From sequence record NC_020851.1: DNA of 64,000 nucleotides. One strand, 5' to 3'. Positions 12,801 to 23,586 of the stretch are shown here, one piece after another. The translations under genes were made by a program, and so were the position numbers. Every line of letters starts with the position of its first letter. The first letter of the stretch is position 1. The notes below the pieces were generated by a model. The model was given only the letters and a program-made list of their open reading frames with translations. It made no database searches and had not been told where the DNA came from.

Positions 12801-15800
12801 ATATCCAATACCAGTATTCAGAACCTTAACTTCTGATATTTGACCATTATTAATTATTGCTCGTAATTCTGCACCGGTTCCAGAACCAGAAACAATCAAT
12901 TCCGGAACAGAATAATATTCACTCCCAACAAAACTTGTAAAAACACTAATTATTCTTCCATCAACAATAGATGGTGTTAATTGAGCAGATTTTCCATTTT
13001 TTATAGAAATTATTGGTTTTTTCTCTAAATTTAAAATTGTGGACCCATATCCAGTTCCAGATTCATAAACATAAGCATCAATAATGCTTCCTTTTACTAC
13101 TGGAGTTAATACTAAGTCTTGATACTCTTGAGTAGTAGTTCCAAATCCTACAGAATTATATTTAATTGAAACAGAAATGTCCGGATATTTGAAATATTGA
13201 TATCCACTTCCCGTACTATCAAATGTTTTATAATCTTGCCTTTCATAATTAGAAACAACTGTTCCCCCAATTCCGGCATCACATAATCTAAACGAATCGT
13301 CGTCAACTTTTAAAATAAAGTATTGATTTGCAGTTGTAATTCCAGATATCTGCCCAGATTCATAATCATATTCTACAATTTCACCATTATTAAATCCATG
13401 ATTCTTAAAGTTAATAGAGTTTTGTGTCGTAGATATTCCGGTAGGACTTACAATCAACTTTCTATTCGTATATCCTTCACCTTTGTCAATTACTTTTATG
13501 TAAGAAACTTGTCTTGAAGACGAAAGTGTTGAGAATTTATGTGATCCAATAGAACCTGTATAGATTCCTACAACATTTGTATCTGATTGTTGATCACTTA
13601 AATTATTATATAATTTTATTGCTTTATTGTTAGTAACACCAACAAAATAGGTTGAATTAGTAGGAAGATTGATATTATTTCCTGCAGTTCCAATTGCTAT
13701 TGGATCATTACCTAAAGGATTATAAATTACTTCTTGACCATTAACAAAGTTATGATCTGTTAAAAATACAATTTGATTCGTTGTTTCACTGACTCCCCCA
13801 CCACTAGAAAATTCATCTGCATCAAATAAAACTTCTCTGGGTTTTTTGATTATTACGGGTTCAATTACTGCACCACTACCATTTCCACCTGAAATATTAA
13901 TAGAGGTTATTTCTCCAATATTATAATCTTGCGAATCTACATATACTTTTTCAAAACCTCCACTAATGACTGGTTGAATTTTTGCAGTAATACCAGCACC
14001 AGTAGAAACATTAACTAATGGTAGATTAATTACATCAAAATTTTCACCACCAGAAAGAATATTTACTTTCTCAATTGGGCCATAATAAATTGCATCTTTA
14101 GATTTGTAATTATTAATTTCGACACCATTAATTAGCATTCCAGTAGTTCCCGGAATCGTTAAAGTTCCAGAACCATTTTCAATATTTTTTCTAATGGAAA
14201 CTTTCTTAAAAGTTTTTGTATTCCTAGATCAGTTTTTATTTGAGAGTTTAAAGTAAAAGTATGAGTTCCTATGCCAGAATTTGGTACTTGAAATGTTACA
14301 TTACTGTCCGAATTTAATAAAGAGGGTGTAGTATATAATTTAAATTTATTTGTAGATGTTACTTTTACATAATAATTGCCAGTTTGCAATCCAACCAAAG
14401 GTTCATCTTGTGGAAGATAATATATTTTATCTCCTGTTAAAAATGGAATAGAAGGATTGAATTCAATTGTATTATAAACATCTTCAAAAAAATCTACAAG
14501 ATTATTTGTGCTAGCAATACTTACTTTTTTAATACTAGTTTCAATATCAAGACGATAATTTATAATTTTTTCATCATCTTCGTCTAAAATTACTTCTGAT
14601 GGTAGTGAATTTGATGCAACATATGCATAATCATCTTTATCAGCATATACATTAAGAATGTCTGATAATACAGAACTACTCCCAAAATCTGAACCTGAAG
14701 ATTTTGTTTTATTTAATTTTCTTCTTATATCATATTCTTTACTTGGATCTAAAGTTGGTCTGTTTCCTAATGTTAAAGAATTTTGGGATTCATTAGTATT
14801 TTGGATATAAGTCGTATCATTAGAAAATACTATATTTTCACTTCCTCTTTCTAATATTTCAACCTTATCTCCAATTTTTAAACTGGATCTATCAATAGTA
14901 GATCCTAACTTAGTAGTATTATTATCTACAATTTCATATCTTGCACTTGTATTGTAGATAAAAGAATTTGCAAAAATTTCTTTCCAGGTTGAATTTCTAT
15001 TCTTAATCTTATCTCCAAGATTTTTGACTACAATTATATCGTTTTCATCTACTTTAAAGTCTTCATTTTCTTCTACTAAATCTTGTATTACTCCAAGTAA
15101 TATTAATTCAACTTTCTTGGAAGTATCGCCATCTTCATAGGAAAAATAAGTATCATCAGATCTAATATTTGATGCTGTAGATATTGTATCACTGATACCA
15201 GTACATCCAAAAAACTGATTAATACTTTTTCCAGTATAAGAAATAGTATTATTTCCAGAAACTAATGTTCCTGATTGTGGAAAACTTAAAGTAGAATCTA
15301 CAGTTAAGATGGTTGATCCCACTGATACACTTTCAATTAACTTTGTATTTGGTGTGATTTCAAAATTTCCTACAACTGATGAAGAATTCTCAGTATTTCC
15401 AATATAAAATTCAATTTTATGGAATGTTTTACCTTTTCTTGAAAATGGTTCTATTGCCGATATTGAAGCAGTTGTGTTCTCATCAGTGGTCTTTATAAGA
15501 GTTTGTCCGACAATCTTTGAGGGTTCTCCTGATATTACCTCTGCTATTGCAACTTCTCTTCTTACATAATTTGCAGAAGATGGTTTGATTAAATAATCTT
15601 CCAAATTTATAATTGAAGGTGTTTCCCCAAAAATAACTTTAAAAAGAATTTTTATTGCTTCATCTGTTCCTTTAGAAGCATAAAAATCTTTTGCTCTTCT
15701 GATGAAATTTCCAACATCAATTTCATCTACAAATTTAATATCTTCTAATCCTGGAGTAAAAGTATACTTCAGTTTTTTATAAAAATCCTTTAAAAATAAA

Positions 15801-16282
15801 GAACTTAAATTTTGTACAGATGAACTATCAGAATGTTCTGCTGCTGTTGATGTAGAAAAAACAAGTTCTTCTTTATTTAAATCTTGATGATAATCTGTAA
15901 CACCACTAAATCCGCGCACACAACCAGTAAAACTATTCGTAGTAATTCCTGTATATGTGATGATTTCATCATTAATTTTAAGGAGTCCATACTGATTAGG
16001 GAATCCTTTTGTGCTAGAGACATTAATTGTAGTGTCAGTAGATGTTATACTAGTACTAGTTGTCGTACTATCAACAATAACTTCGGGTTTTAAATTATCT
16101 AATTTTAAATACTGATCCAGATTATCACTAATATCAATAGGACCACCTTGATATTCTTGTGAAATATAATATTGTTTTAAAAATTCTACAGCATTTGGAC
16201 TTTCATCCAAGATAAACTCTGGAAGTTGATGATCAATTAGATCTTGTACTTTGATTCTAGATTCAAAACCAGTTTGTATCAT
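3896..16282 (-). CDS. gp7: giant baseplate wedge initiator gp7-like protein (~4130 aa), split by frame breaks at ~14188, ~9438, ~6107
   Basis: ORFs 14159-16282, 9423-14138, 6097-9285, 3896-5674 join when one base is added to each homopolymer; N-terminus LPEFILDESPNAVEFLKQYY; GWAYDGNPIYGPYG motif; lies between gp6 and gp8. Confidence 0.75.
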
Positions 16283-16283
16283 A

Positions 16284-18185
16284 TTACTTTCTTACTAAAT
16301 TTCCGTTTGAATAACTTGATGTATAGAAGTCGTTAACAAATCTGGTGCCAGATATTTCATCCCCAGAAGCAATCACATCCCTGACAATATTTATTGTACT
16401 TTTAGGAATGTTTAATGAGACATACAAGTCTCTTAGTCCAACAACATCATTAGATTCTGGGAATGCTTGTATTTCAATTAATCCGTTACTTAATGAAGTT
16501 GAAGTGATATTAACAGTTCCTAAAATTATTTCTCCTTTTAAGTAATCAACAGTTCCTGCAGATTTCACAACTACTCTTGTTTCATCAGATATTTGCTTTA
16601 CAATCGATAAAGTACCTGTTTTCAAATCTGCATTAGGAACATCTGTAAAATATACGGTATCGGTTTCTCCTGAAATTTTAAATCCTGTGGATTTGATATT
16701 AAGACCTTCAGATTTTACATTAAACCTATTTCCATAACATAGTTCATATTGAGCAAATTTATTGAGTACAGGCTTTAAATCTCTGCGAATAATAATTTTT
16801 GTAATATTTGATGTAATTGCAGTATCAGTATTATCAATAACTTGTTGTAATTTACTATATCTAAGTCTTCCACCAAATTTATTTAAATCTAAAGATTCTG
16901 AATATTTTTGAAGAGAGTTTGTAACAGAAGTTTTTAATGTATCTGAATTCGATACTTGTGAATAATTATAGTAAACAGAACTATTGAGTTCAACATAAAG
17001 AATTTTAAGGTCAGTTATCTTCTGATTTATTCCAGATACTGTAAATTGTTTTAGTTTTGACAAAATCTGAGTCTTATTGAAATCCGAAACAAAACTTCCG
17101 TTTTTTGGCTTAATACTAATTTGAACTGTACCAAACTGAGGAGGATCCATTTCCTCTCCACCAACTACAGATACTGATTCGGTATCTGGATATATTCTTT
17201 TTATAATTGCTTCGTAGTCTCTTGATGTAACCGCTCTATACTGAGAAGAATATAGTCTTGGTGCATAATACTTGATTGAATCTATTGGTTCAATATCACC
17301 ACCATTGATTGATGATTGATTAGTTGTAATCGTAACAGTTCCTGGATCAATAATTCCACCAGTCGCATTCTCTAATGTTCCAGAGAATGAAAAATTAGAA
17401 GCACCATTGCCATCTCTTCCATCCGTAATGATATAGTTGGCAGTAATTATAGTTCCATCAGAACCAACTTCATCACCCAGTTTCTTGCCAATCAGTCCGT
17501 CACCAAATCTCAATTCATATTTTTCATCTTGAACTTCATTAATAAAGAAGATTCTAGAGTTTTTATCTATATCAAAAATATTTTCTGAAAGAAAATATTC
17601 AATACCAACTCCAGATTGTTCAGTTTTTTTGATATAAACTTTAAGTGTTGATGTATCGATAAATGAATTATTTAAAACAAATCTTTGGTCTAATGAACCA
17701 TCATATTGAAATTGCTTGGTTAAGAATATTCCCTGATAAACATCAAGATTATTAAAAGATGCTATACCGTCCACAACGTTTGCTGTAACGTCTTCTGGGA
17801 CGGCAAAGGTGTATGTAGTGTCATTAGTACTCCCTACGCACACTATACCTGCCTTCAGGGTGAGTGTAGGAGTACCTGTGCTAGTTGTTACATTAAAGGA
17901 TATTTGTGCCGTTGATGCGACTCTGGAACGGGGGACATATCCAATGTTACCTGCCAGAGAAACTACATTCTCACGAAGAGTTGCAGAATCCAAAAAGGAT
18001 TCATTCACAACCATATTCGAATTGAATGCAGTAATGTAAGTATTATATGCTAACGTATCAATTAAAACTGAAAAGTTTGATCCTTCAAAATCAAAGTCCG
18101 TAAATGTAGAGTTGGCACGGAGATAATCTTTGATAGAAGTTTTTATCTGATCAAAATCTAAATTTGTATATTTTGTAAAAGGCAT
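16284..18185 (-). CDS. gp6: baseplate wedge subunit gp6
   Basis: LDFDQIKTSIK..FTDFDFEGSNFSVLIDTLAYNTY, QYRAVTSRDYEAII. Confidence 0.92.
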   Translation of the reverse strand: MPFTKYTNLDFDQIKTSIKDYLRANSTFTDFDFEGSNFSVLIDTLAYNTYITAFNSNMVVNESFLDSATLRENVVSLAGNIGYVPRSRVASTAQISFNVTTSTGTPTLTLKAGIVCVGSTNDTTYTFAVPEDVTANVVDGIASFNNLDVYQGIFLTKQFQYDGSLDQRFVLNNSFIDTSTLKVYIKKTEQSGVGIEYFLSENIFDIDKNSRIFFINEVQDEKYELRFGDGLIGKKLGDEVGSDGTIITANYIITDGRDGNGASNFSFSGTLENATGGIIDPGTVTITTNQSSINGGDIEPIDSIKYYAPRLYSSQYRAVTSRDYEAIIKRIYPDTESVSVVGGEEMDPPQFGTVQISIKPKNGSFVSDFNKTQILSKLKQFTVSGINQKITDLKILYVELNSSVYYNYSQVSNSDTLKTSVTNSLQKYSESLDLNKFGGRLRYSKLQQVIDNTDTAITSNITKIIIRRDLKPVLNKFAQYELCYGNRFNVKSEGLNIKSTGFKISGETDTVYFTDVPNADLKTGTLSIVKQISDETRVVVKSAGTVDYLKGEIILGTVNITSTSLSNGLIEIQAFPESNDVVGLRDLYVSLNIPKSTINIVRDVIASGDEISGTRFVNDFYTSSYSNGNLVRK

Positions 18186-18186
18186 T

Positions 18187-18588
18187 TTATCTGGTTGCCT
18201 CTAGGAGGAATGAATATTCTTGTGTCGGAAACTCTTGACCAATAATATCAAATATGACTGTTACATTAAATGTGTTTTCGTCTGCTATTGGATCTACCTG
18301 AACGATCAAATTTTCGACTCTATCTTCAAAATTATTAATTGCAATTTCAATTTGATCCTGAATCACTGATGCAGTACCAAAATCAACGAATTCAAATAAA
18401 CTTCTTCTTACATCAGATCCCAACAAAGAGTTAAAAAATCTCTCTGTTGGGATAGTTTCGACTATATTTCTTACGGAACGACGAATTGCGTTCTCATTTT
18501 TTAGAATCGGAAGGTCTTTTGTCACAGGATGGGGCTCAAAAGATAAACTAATGTCCTTAAATGCCCGTGATATCCTCTGAATTGCCAT
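18187..18588 (-). CDS. gp25: baseplate wedge subunit gp25
   Basis: FKDISLSFEPHPVTKDL...NAIRRSVRNIVETIPTERFF; upstream of gp6. Confidence 0.9.
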   Translation of the reverse strand: MAIQRISRAFKDISLSFEPHPVTKDLPILKNENAIRRSVRNIVETIPTERFFNSLLGSDVRRSLFEFVDFGTASVIQDQIEIAINNFEDRVENLIVQVDPIADENTFNVTVIFDIIGQEFPTQEYSFLLEATR

Positions 18589-18610
18589 TGTTAAAGAGTT
18601 TTCTTAATTA

Positions 18611-18618
18611 TATTTATA
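18611..18618 (-). promoter_or_regulatory. T4-type late promoter TATAAATA
   Basis: exact match 22 nt upstream of gp25 start. Confidence 0.75.
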
Positions 18619-18620
18619 CT

Positions 18621-18796
18621 CTATTCCTGAAGATTCTTCTGTCCTTTCTTCAAATCATCGTGCATAATCTCTTGAAGTACTTTTTCTTCTGGATCATTTG
18701 TTTTTTGGGTAATGACCAGTAATCTGTGGTCAAACTTGTTGTTCCCCACACTTCTTTCATGTAACTTGTACTTCTATCGACTGGTGAATTGCCCAT
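18621..18796 (-). CDS. small hypothetical protein (~58 aa, one homopolymer frame break)
   Basis: manual translation MGNSPVDRSTSYMKEVWGTTSL... Confidence 0.5.
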
Positions 18797-18854
18797 TTTG
18801 CTCCTGATTAGTGAAATCAGAACTTTTTGAGGGGTTACTATCCCTATTTTTTAT

Positions 18855-19571
18855 TTATTTTTCACCCACTTTGGAATTGATACATCGAGGATTACATGGA
18901 TTTGATCCACAATTGTCACATAATTTACGTTCCTGTGCAGTCTTCCAGAAATATTCGTCCTCACGTCCCATTCCAAGTCGTTCAAATCCATTTTCAACTT
19001 GATAATATTGAGTCGAAACCTTAAAATCTGGCATTTTTGGTTCGACAGGTGTCAAACTATTGTCAAAAATACGTAATCTATTGTTTGGATACAGTGCATA
19101 CTGTCCATTCTCAAGTTCAATCAGGTTATGAGATTTGTGTTCGGCAGGATTCTCACTAGTTGCCCAATCAACATAGTCAGGATCATGATGATAGTTATCA
19201 ATAGTACAGACATATGTACCTTTTACATTGCCAAAGTCCCGTGTATAACATTCAAAGTCCATTGAACCAATAAATTTCTTATCCACCGATACGACTCCAT
19301 AGTCCATACAATTCCAGAACTGTAGGTTCGGTAGGTTCATGTCCAGACTTGGGGTCTCAGGGTCTGCTACAAAGGCACTGATAGGCAATTTATCATACAT
19401 TGCAGCATATTCTGGTAGATAGGTCTCAAAATAAAAAGCACGTCCAGGAATCGATTTAACCGATACCCAAACGCCCTTTACAAATTCACCATGTCCACTT
19501 TGATGATCCGTTAGATATTCCTTACGAACCCATACTTCCTGTGATGGAAGATTTGCAATTAAACATGCCAT
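18855..19571 (-). CDS. conserved cyanophage hypothetical protein
   Basis: 238-aa ORF MACLIANLPSQEVWVRKEYL, same strand as neighbours. Confidence 0.75.
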   Translation of the reverse strand: MACLIANLPSQEVWVRKEYLTDHQSGHGEFVKGVWVSVKSIPGRAFYFETYLPEYAAMYDKLPISAFVADPETPSLDMNLPNLQFWNCMDYGVVSVDKKFIGSMDFECYTRDFGNVKGTYVCTIDNYHHDPDYVDWATSENPAEHKSHNLIELENGQYALYPNNRLRIFDNSLTPVEPKMPDFKVSTQYYQVENGFERLGMGREDEYFWKTAQERKLCDNCGSNPCNPRCINSKVGEK

Positions 19572-19599
19572 ATGGTGTCAATAAAACTACAATTATATA

Positions 19600-19752
19600 T
19601 TAACCCCGTCCTTGTCCACGATACATCTTACGCTTTCCATTACGAGAAGTCGCGGCATACTTCGTGTGCTTCCCATTACCTTGACGAGTTTTCTTCGGTT
19701 TTCCCTCTACAAAACCATCACCCATCAATCCAACCTTTGAACGTACTGCCAT
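19600..19752 (-). CDS. small basic protein (50 aa)
   Basis: manual translation MAVRSKVGLMGDGFVEGKPKKTRQGNGKHTKYAATSRNGKRKMYRGQGRG. Confidence 0.6.
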   Translation of the reverse strand: MAVRSKVGLMGDGFVEGKPKKTRQGNGKHTKYAATSRNGKRKMYRGQGRG

Positions 19753-19761
19753 AATAACTCC

Positions 19762-19923
19762 TTAATACTTTGTGATTCTTGTTTCTAAATCTTGTGGACT
19801 TGGAGAACCTTTCTGATAATACTCTACCGAAAGGTTCTCCATCTTATCAAAATATTCCTCCTCCGTTAAATTCTTATACAGAACTTTACCCTTATGGAGA
19901 ATTGTATATTCTGTCAGCACCAT
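19762..19923 (-). CDS. small hypothetical protein (53 aa)
   Basis: manual translation MVLTEYTILHKGKVLYKNLTEEEYFDKME... Confidence 0.5.
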   Translation of the reverse strand: MVLTEYTILHKGKVLYKNLTEEEYFDKMENLSVEYYQKGSPSPQDLETRITKY

Positions 19924-20680
19924 CAGATAACTCTTGTCTTCTCGTGTCCAACTCTGATACGTGGATCACACCAAATCTCAAAACCCGCTTCGATAGCATC
20001 GAGACAGAATGATACATCCTCTCCACACATATCCTGCACCTCTCCACTCTCAAAGACTTGCATCTTTGGTGCAAACCATGGATATTTAATACCTTTGTCC
20101 TCAAATACTCCGTGCTTAATTAGTAACCATCCAAATCCTGCATAGTCTACAGTAAACGGTTTACGACGCTTTGAAATACTCTCCCCAGTCTCATGATTCA
20201 TCACTCCACCACTCTTACGGAAATCTTCCTCATCTAACCAGTGTGCAACTGAAGTCGTCTTACCATCCTCAGTCATATACCATCCACTCGCAATGTCCTG
20301 ATCCATCAGTACCAATTGCCAAAACTTCTCTGAGTTAAACACAATATCACTGTCAATCCATAACTGCCAATCATACTGTAACTTACCATCCCATGGAATT
20401 TGATCCGGTCCTCTCAATACATTCGCACCTAAACATTTGCATCTTGCAAAGTTTACCATTGATGAATAATCCTGAGAAATCTGGATGCTGGCACCTGCCT
20501 GCACTAAATCAAAACAAAGTTGTACAAAGTTTTTGAGATACGTATAAGATACTCCTCTACCAGGTAAACAAAAACAATGGATTTGCCTTTTACCATTTCC
20601 TTTGCTTTCGCATAATCCCATTCTGGAGCACTCTCAGTTGCTTTGGGTGTCTTTGCTTTTACTGTAAATCCTTTAGCCAT
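19923..20680 (-). CDS. GT-A fold glycosyltransferase-like protein; real start 20680, frame break ~20572
   Basis: WIDSDIVF (DxD), GFGWLLIK, GEDVSFC motifs; adding one T gives MAKGFTVKAK...KSIVFCLPGRGVS. Confidence 0.7.
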
Positions 20681-20703
20681 AACTTTAAATGAACTACTTC
20701 ACT

Positions 20704-20732
20704 ATCATAACACTCTATCTATACTCAGTCAA
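20704..20732 (-). promoter_or_regulatory. sigma70-like promoter
   Basis: TTGACT-17-TATGAT upstream of the glycosyltransferase; the -35 lies in a duplicated 17-mer TACTCAGTCAAGACTTC. Confidence 0.65.
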
Positions 20733-20747
20733 GACTTCCTTCGGTAC

Positions 20748-20918
20748 TCAGTCAAGACTTCGAATTACAATACAATCATTCTCTACCTCGATGTTTACTT
20801 CTGTTCCCTCATACCACCCCTTCTCATCACATATCCATTCGGGTATCGTAATAATATGTTCCCCACTTACTGGGTCGATCTCTACAGTCGTAAAATTTTC
20901 CTGCGGATTTTTTTGCAT
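20748..20918 (-). CDS. AbrB/MazE/SpoVT-like DNA-binding protein (56 aa)
   Basis: manual translation MQKNPQENFTTVEIDPVSGEHIITIPEWICDEKGWYEGTEVNIEVENDCIVIRSLD fits the ITIP...GW.EG..V...I.I pattern. Confidence 0.6.
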   Translation of the reverse strand: MQKNPQENFTTVEIDPVSGEHIITIPEWICDEKGWYEGTEVNIEVENDCIVIRSLD

Positions 20919-21011
20919 ATCTTTGAACCTTGTGCCTTGTTTTTATATATGAAAACTTTTTTTATCTTCGTATTATTACTAACGCTCTTTGGGTCGTTTA
21001 TAGCTTAAAGT

Positions 21012-21069
21012 AGTAGGGGGTTTTTATATACGGGGGCATACAACATAAGGGGGCATATACCCCCCTACT
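21012..21069. repeat. 9-bp inverted repeat enclosing two GGGGGCATA direct repeats
   Basis: AGTAGGGGG...CCCCCTACT with GGGGGCATA at 21032 and 21049. Confidence 0.6.
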
Positions 21070-21098
21070 GCTGTATCACGAACGAATGACCCTATCTG

Positions 21099-21290
21099 TC
21101 AATTCTCTAGAACCCAGGTTCCCAGTTCCCCAGCATCTAAACGTTCATTCATCAGTTTCCAGTAGGGGGAGGCAATGAATTCATCTAGCAAACCCAGATG
21201 ATGAACAAACCGCAAACCCTGTAACCAAGAGACGGTGCCATCCCATTCGGCAGAGGTGAGAAACTCATTCCAGATAAGGTCAGAACGCAT
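21099..21290 (-). CDS. hypothetical protein
   Basis: 63-aa ORF downstream of an early promoter. Confidence 0.5.
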   Translation of the reverse strand: MRSDLIWNEFLTSAEWDGTVSWLQGLRFVHHLGLLDEFIASPYWKLMNERLDAGELGTWVLEN

Positions 21291-21332
21291 GAGAGAAAAT
21301 CGAAAAATAATTGACGGGGCAGGGTTGACGAC

Positions 21333-21518
21333 TTAGACAGGTGCTCCACTACGGATGCGACGGTTCGCATGACCTGCCTTTACGGAGGGTCTCCATGCTG
21401 TCTTGGCACCCCCGACCTGAGACATCGTTGCCTCACCCTTACGGGGTTTGCGAACTGGCAGACGGGTCACGGTGAATTTTCCCTCTGCGATTGCTGCGTT
21501 GAGTTCGATGGTCGTCAT
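21333..21518 (-). CDS. hypothetical protein
   Basis: 61-aa ORF MTTIELNAAIAEGKFTVTRLP directly behind promoter at 21544. Confidence 0.6.
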   Translation of the reverse strand: MTTIELNAAIAEGKFTVTRLPVRKPRKGEATMSQVGGAKTAWRPSVKAGHANRRIRSGAPV

Positions 21519-21543
21519 GAGGTGGGTTGCTTTGTTCTTTCAT

Positions 21544-21571
21544 ATTCTACAGCATCGCACCCCCCTGCCAA
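21544..21571 (-). promoter_or_regulatory. sigma70-like early promoter
   Basis: TTGGCA-16-TAGAAT (spacer contains a G-run, possibly shortened). Confidence 0.55.
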
Positions 21572-21610
21572 CCCCCTAAACGATAAGGGTTGCTGATGAG
21601 GGTGATAAGA

Positions 21611-22522
21611 TTATTTGTCTACACTTTGGAACTTATTGTTGCTGAAATTGGCATAACTGAACTGCTCACGATTAACCAACTTAAATGTACCGTACTCATT
21701 AGAGTAGACATAACCCTCACCACCGATTGGGGTCTGCCCGATGTATGCCTTTGGACCATTATTCCGACAGAGATAGATAGCATCTTCTTTTATCGACTTA
21801 ACTAACAACCAGAAACTGATGAGTTTCTCATTCATAAAGGTGGAAGCAATGACAGGACGATTCTCACGGATACAGGAATTGAGTTCCTGTTTAATCAGTT
21901 TGGCATCCTTATCTGATACAAACTCAATATTCTGTGCCATTACCTTAGCAAAAGAAATTACATCGTCTAAGTCATGGAATCTCTTCAGACCATCATCATA
22001 CAAACCAGAAGCAATCGTTGCTCTAGGTTTCACAAACTTACAATAGAATGTGTCGGTGATAGTGAAGTTCATCGGGTGTGCGATTGCGTCCCTTAAATCA
22101 CTCTCTGCTGTATAGTAAGTGTGAGGAGCAACAATTATTTCCTCTTCTATAATGTTATCGAACTGATAGGTGATTGTGTTCGGTGTGTATTCATCATTGC
22201 CACCGAATCCGATAAAGTCTCCCTGAAAGATACCTTCGGTTTGTGGAAGATAGTCAAGACACTTATGCAGAATTGTTGCAACGTTGCCCGTATGGTTAGC
22301 ATCAATATCCTGATGCGATTCGTTGATTTTGATCTTTACTTTGTTAAAAACTGACTTAGTACCAACGAAGAAATTACCAGTCGCAGGATTCTTTCCCCAT
22401 ACGATTGCAGGTGCTCCGTCCATTTTCACTGACAGATTGCCTTCGTTACGTAGACAATCAAGAGCACTTAAATCTCCGGTGAGAATAGAATCTTCGGGAT
22501 GTTCGATGTGCTTGTTTTGCAT
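21611..22522 (-). CDS. conserved phage protein (DUF6267-like) with RNA-ligase-type nucleotidyltransferase motifs
   Basis: HIEHPED N-terminus; VKMDG, FQGDFIG, EGYV, FKLV motifs. Confidence 0.6.
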   Translation of the reverse strand: MQNKHIEHPEDSILTGDLSALDCLRNEGNLSVKMDGAPAIVWGKNPATGNFFVGTKSVFNKVKIKINESHQDIDANHTGNVATILHKCLDYLPQTEGIFQGDFIGFGGNDEYTPNTITYQFDNIIEEEIIVAPHTYYTAESDLRDAIAHPMNFTITDTFYCKFVKPRATIASGLYDDGLKRFHDLDDVISFAKVMAQNIEFVSDKDAKLIKQELNSCIRENRPVIASTFMNEKLISFWLLVKSIKEDAIYLCRNNGPKAYIGQTPIGGEGYVYSNEYGTFKLVNREQFSYANFSNNKFQSVDK

Positions 22523-22595
22523 TTAGAGAATGATGAGAATGAGAATAATTGAGTAGAATTGGGCATAGATTGATGCCCATTCTTTTTAGTTTTAA

Positions 22596-22913
22596 TCATG
22601 CAAGACGCATACCGTCAAAGAAAGGAATTGGAGAACCTTGATAATTAACGAACCACTGAAAGTTCTTTTGAAAAACATATTCACCGTCCATTCCGAAGGC
22701 AGAAAGTAAAGCATTCAAACGTGACTTTGTGGTCTTTGATTGTCTGCCACCGTCAAAGATTTGAATCCAGGTGTCACCAACGGTTGCGATTTTGTTTCCG
22801 TGGAGATACACATCAGAGGTGCCTTCCCAACCGGGGATAACAGTCGTATTGGCAGATGACCATCGTTCATCATTCTGAACTGCTGTGATCATCTGGGTTT
22901 CGATCTTACGCAT
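22596..22913 (-). CDS. conserved cyanophage early protein
   Basis: 105-aa ORF with VYLHGNKIA, TTKSRLNALL; behind promoter cassette A. Confidence 0.7.
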   Translation of the reverse strand: MRKIETQMITAVQNDERWSSANTTVIPGWEGTSDVYLHGNKIATVGDTWIQIFDGGRQSKTTKSRLNALLSAFGMDGEYVFQKNFQWFVNYQGSPIPFFDGMRLA

Positions 22914-22971
22914 GAGAGGCAGGTAGAAAGGTCTGAGAGGTGTGGTGAGGTGCTCCCCCCTCCACTTCTAT

Positions 22972-23082
22972 AAGATACACGATTTTGGGGGTCTGTGCCG
23001 TTTTAGTGGACACTTTGGCCAACTGGCACAAGGTCGGCCGCTCTGAGTATCATTTAGTGATACTACAGTGAGTGTTACTTAG
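22972..23082 (-). promoter_or_regulatory. early promoter cassette A (-10, dyad operator, stem-loop)
   Basis: -10 TATCTT 22972-77; dyad 23009-27; AGTATCA-TTTAG-TGATACT hairpin; 40-bp block shared with cassette C. Confidence 0.7.
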
Positions 23083-23365
23083 TCTCCACCATTTCCTGCT
23101 GATACTGCACAAGTTGCTCCTCTACGACTTCATCTACACAATCTTGAATCATTGTGTAGATGTAATCTATTTGCCCAACATCATCAAAGATACGTGCAAT
23201 CAATGCAGGATCTTCTACGTTATTACCATAATCAGTGTTGCCATCTTCGTCCTTCAAATGACAATCATTCTTAGTATAAATCCATGCTGCACATTCTGCA
23301 TCTTCTCCCTGTTCTTTGATCATACTGTTAACACGGTCCGCAAGTTGCTTGAGAGTGTAGTTCAT
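23075..23365 (-). CDS. small acidic early protein
   Basis: 96-aa ORF flanked by repeated junctions. Confidence 0.7.
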   Translation of the reverse strand: MNYTLKQLADRVNSMIKEQGEDAECAAWIYTKNDCHLKDEDGNTDYGNNVEDPALIARIFDDVGQIDYIYTMIQDCVDEVVEEQLVQYQQEMVETK

Positions 23366-23406
23366 AATTTGAATGAGAGAGTGTTAGATAGTGCAGTGAG
23401 TAAGTG

Positions 23407-23559
23407 TTACTCAGGACGAAGTTTGACTGTAATAATCTCAAAGTTTGGATGCAATTCTTTGCATCTTGCGTATGCTTCGGCAGCAGTTTCTCTCATGTAA
23501 GAGAGCACATCGTGCATCTCTTTTTTGTTGTCGTAACCGTAGCAATTCCAGATAGGCAT
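23407..23559 (-). CDS. small early protein (50 aa)
   Basis: manual translation MPIWNCYGYDNKKEMHDVLSYMRETAAEAYARCKELHPNF. Confidence 0.6.
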   Translation of the reverse strand: MPIWNCYGYDNKKEMHDVLSYMRETAAEAYARCKELHPNFEIITVKLRPE

Positions 23560-23586
23560 GTGATTTAGTGGATGAATGAGTTAGTA

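Noticed and set aside
21016-21065. G-quadruplex
   Set aside because: Only three G-tracts on one strand, and one would pair with the C-tract
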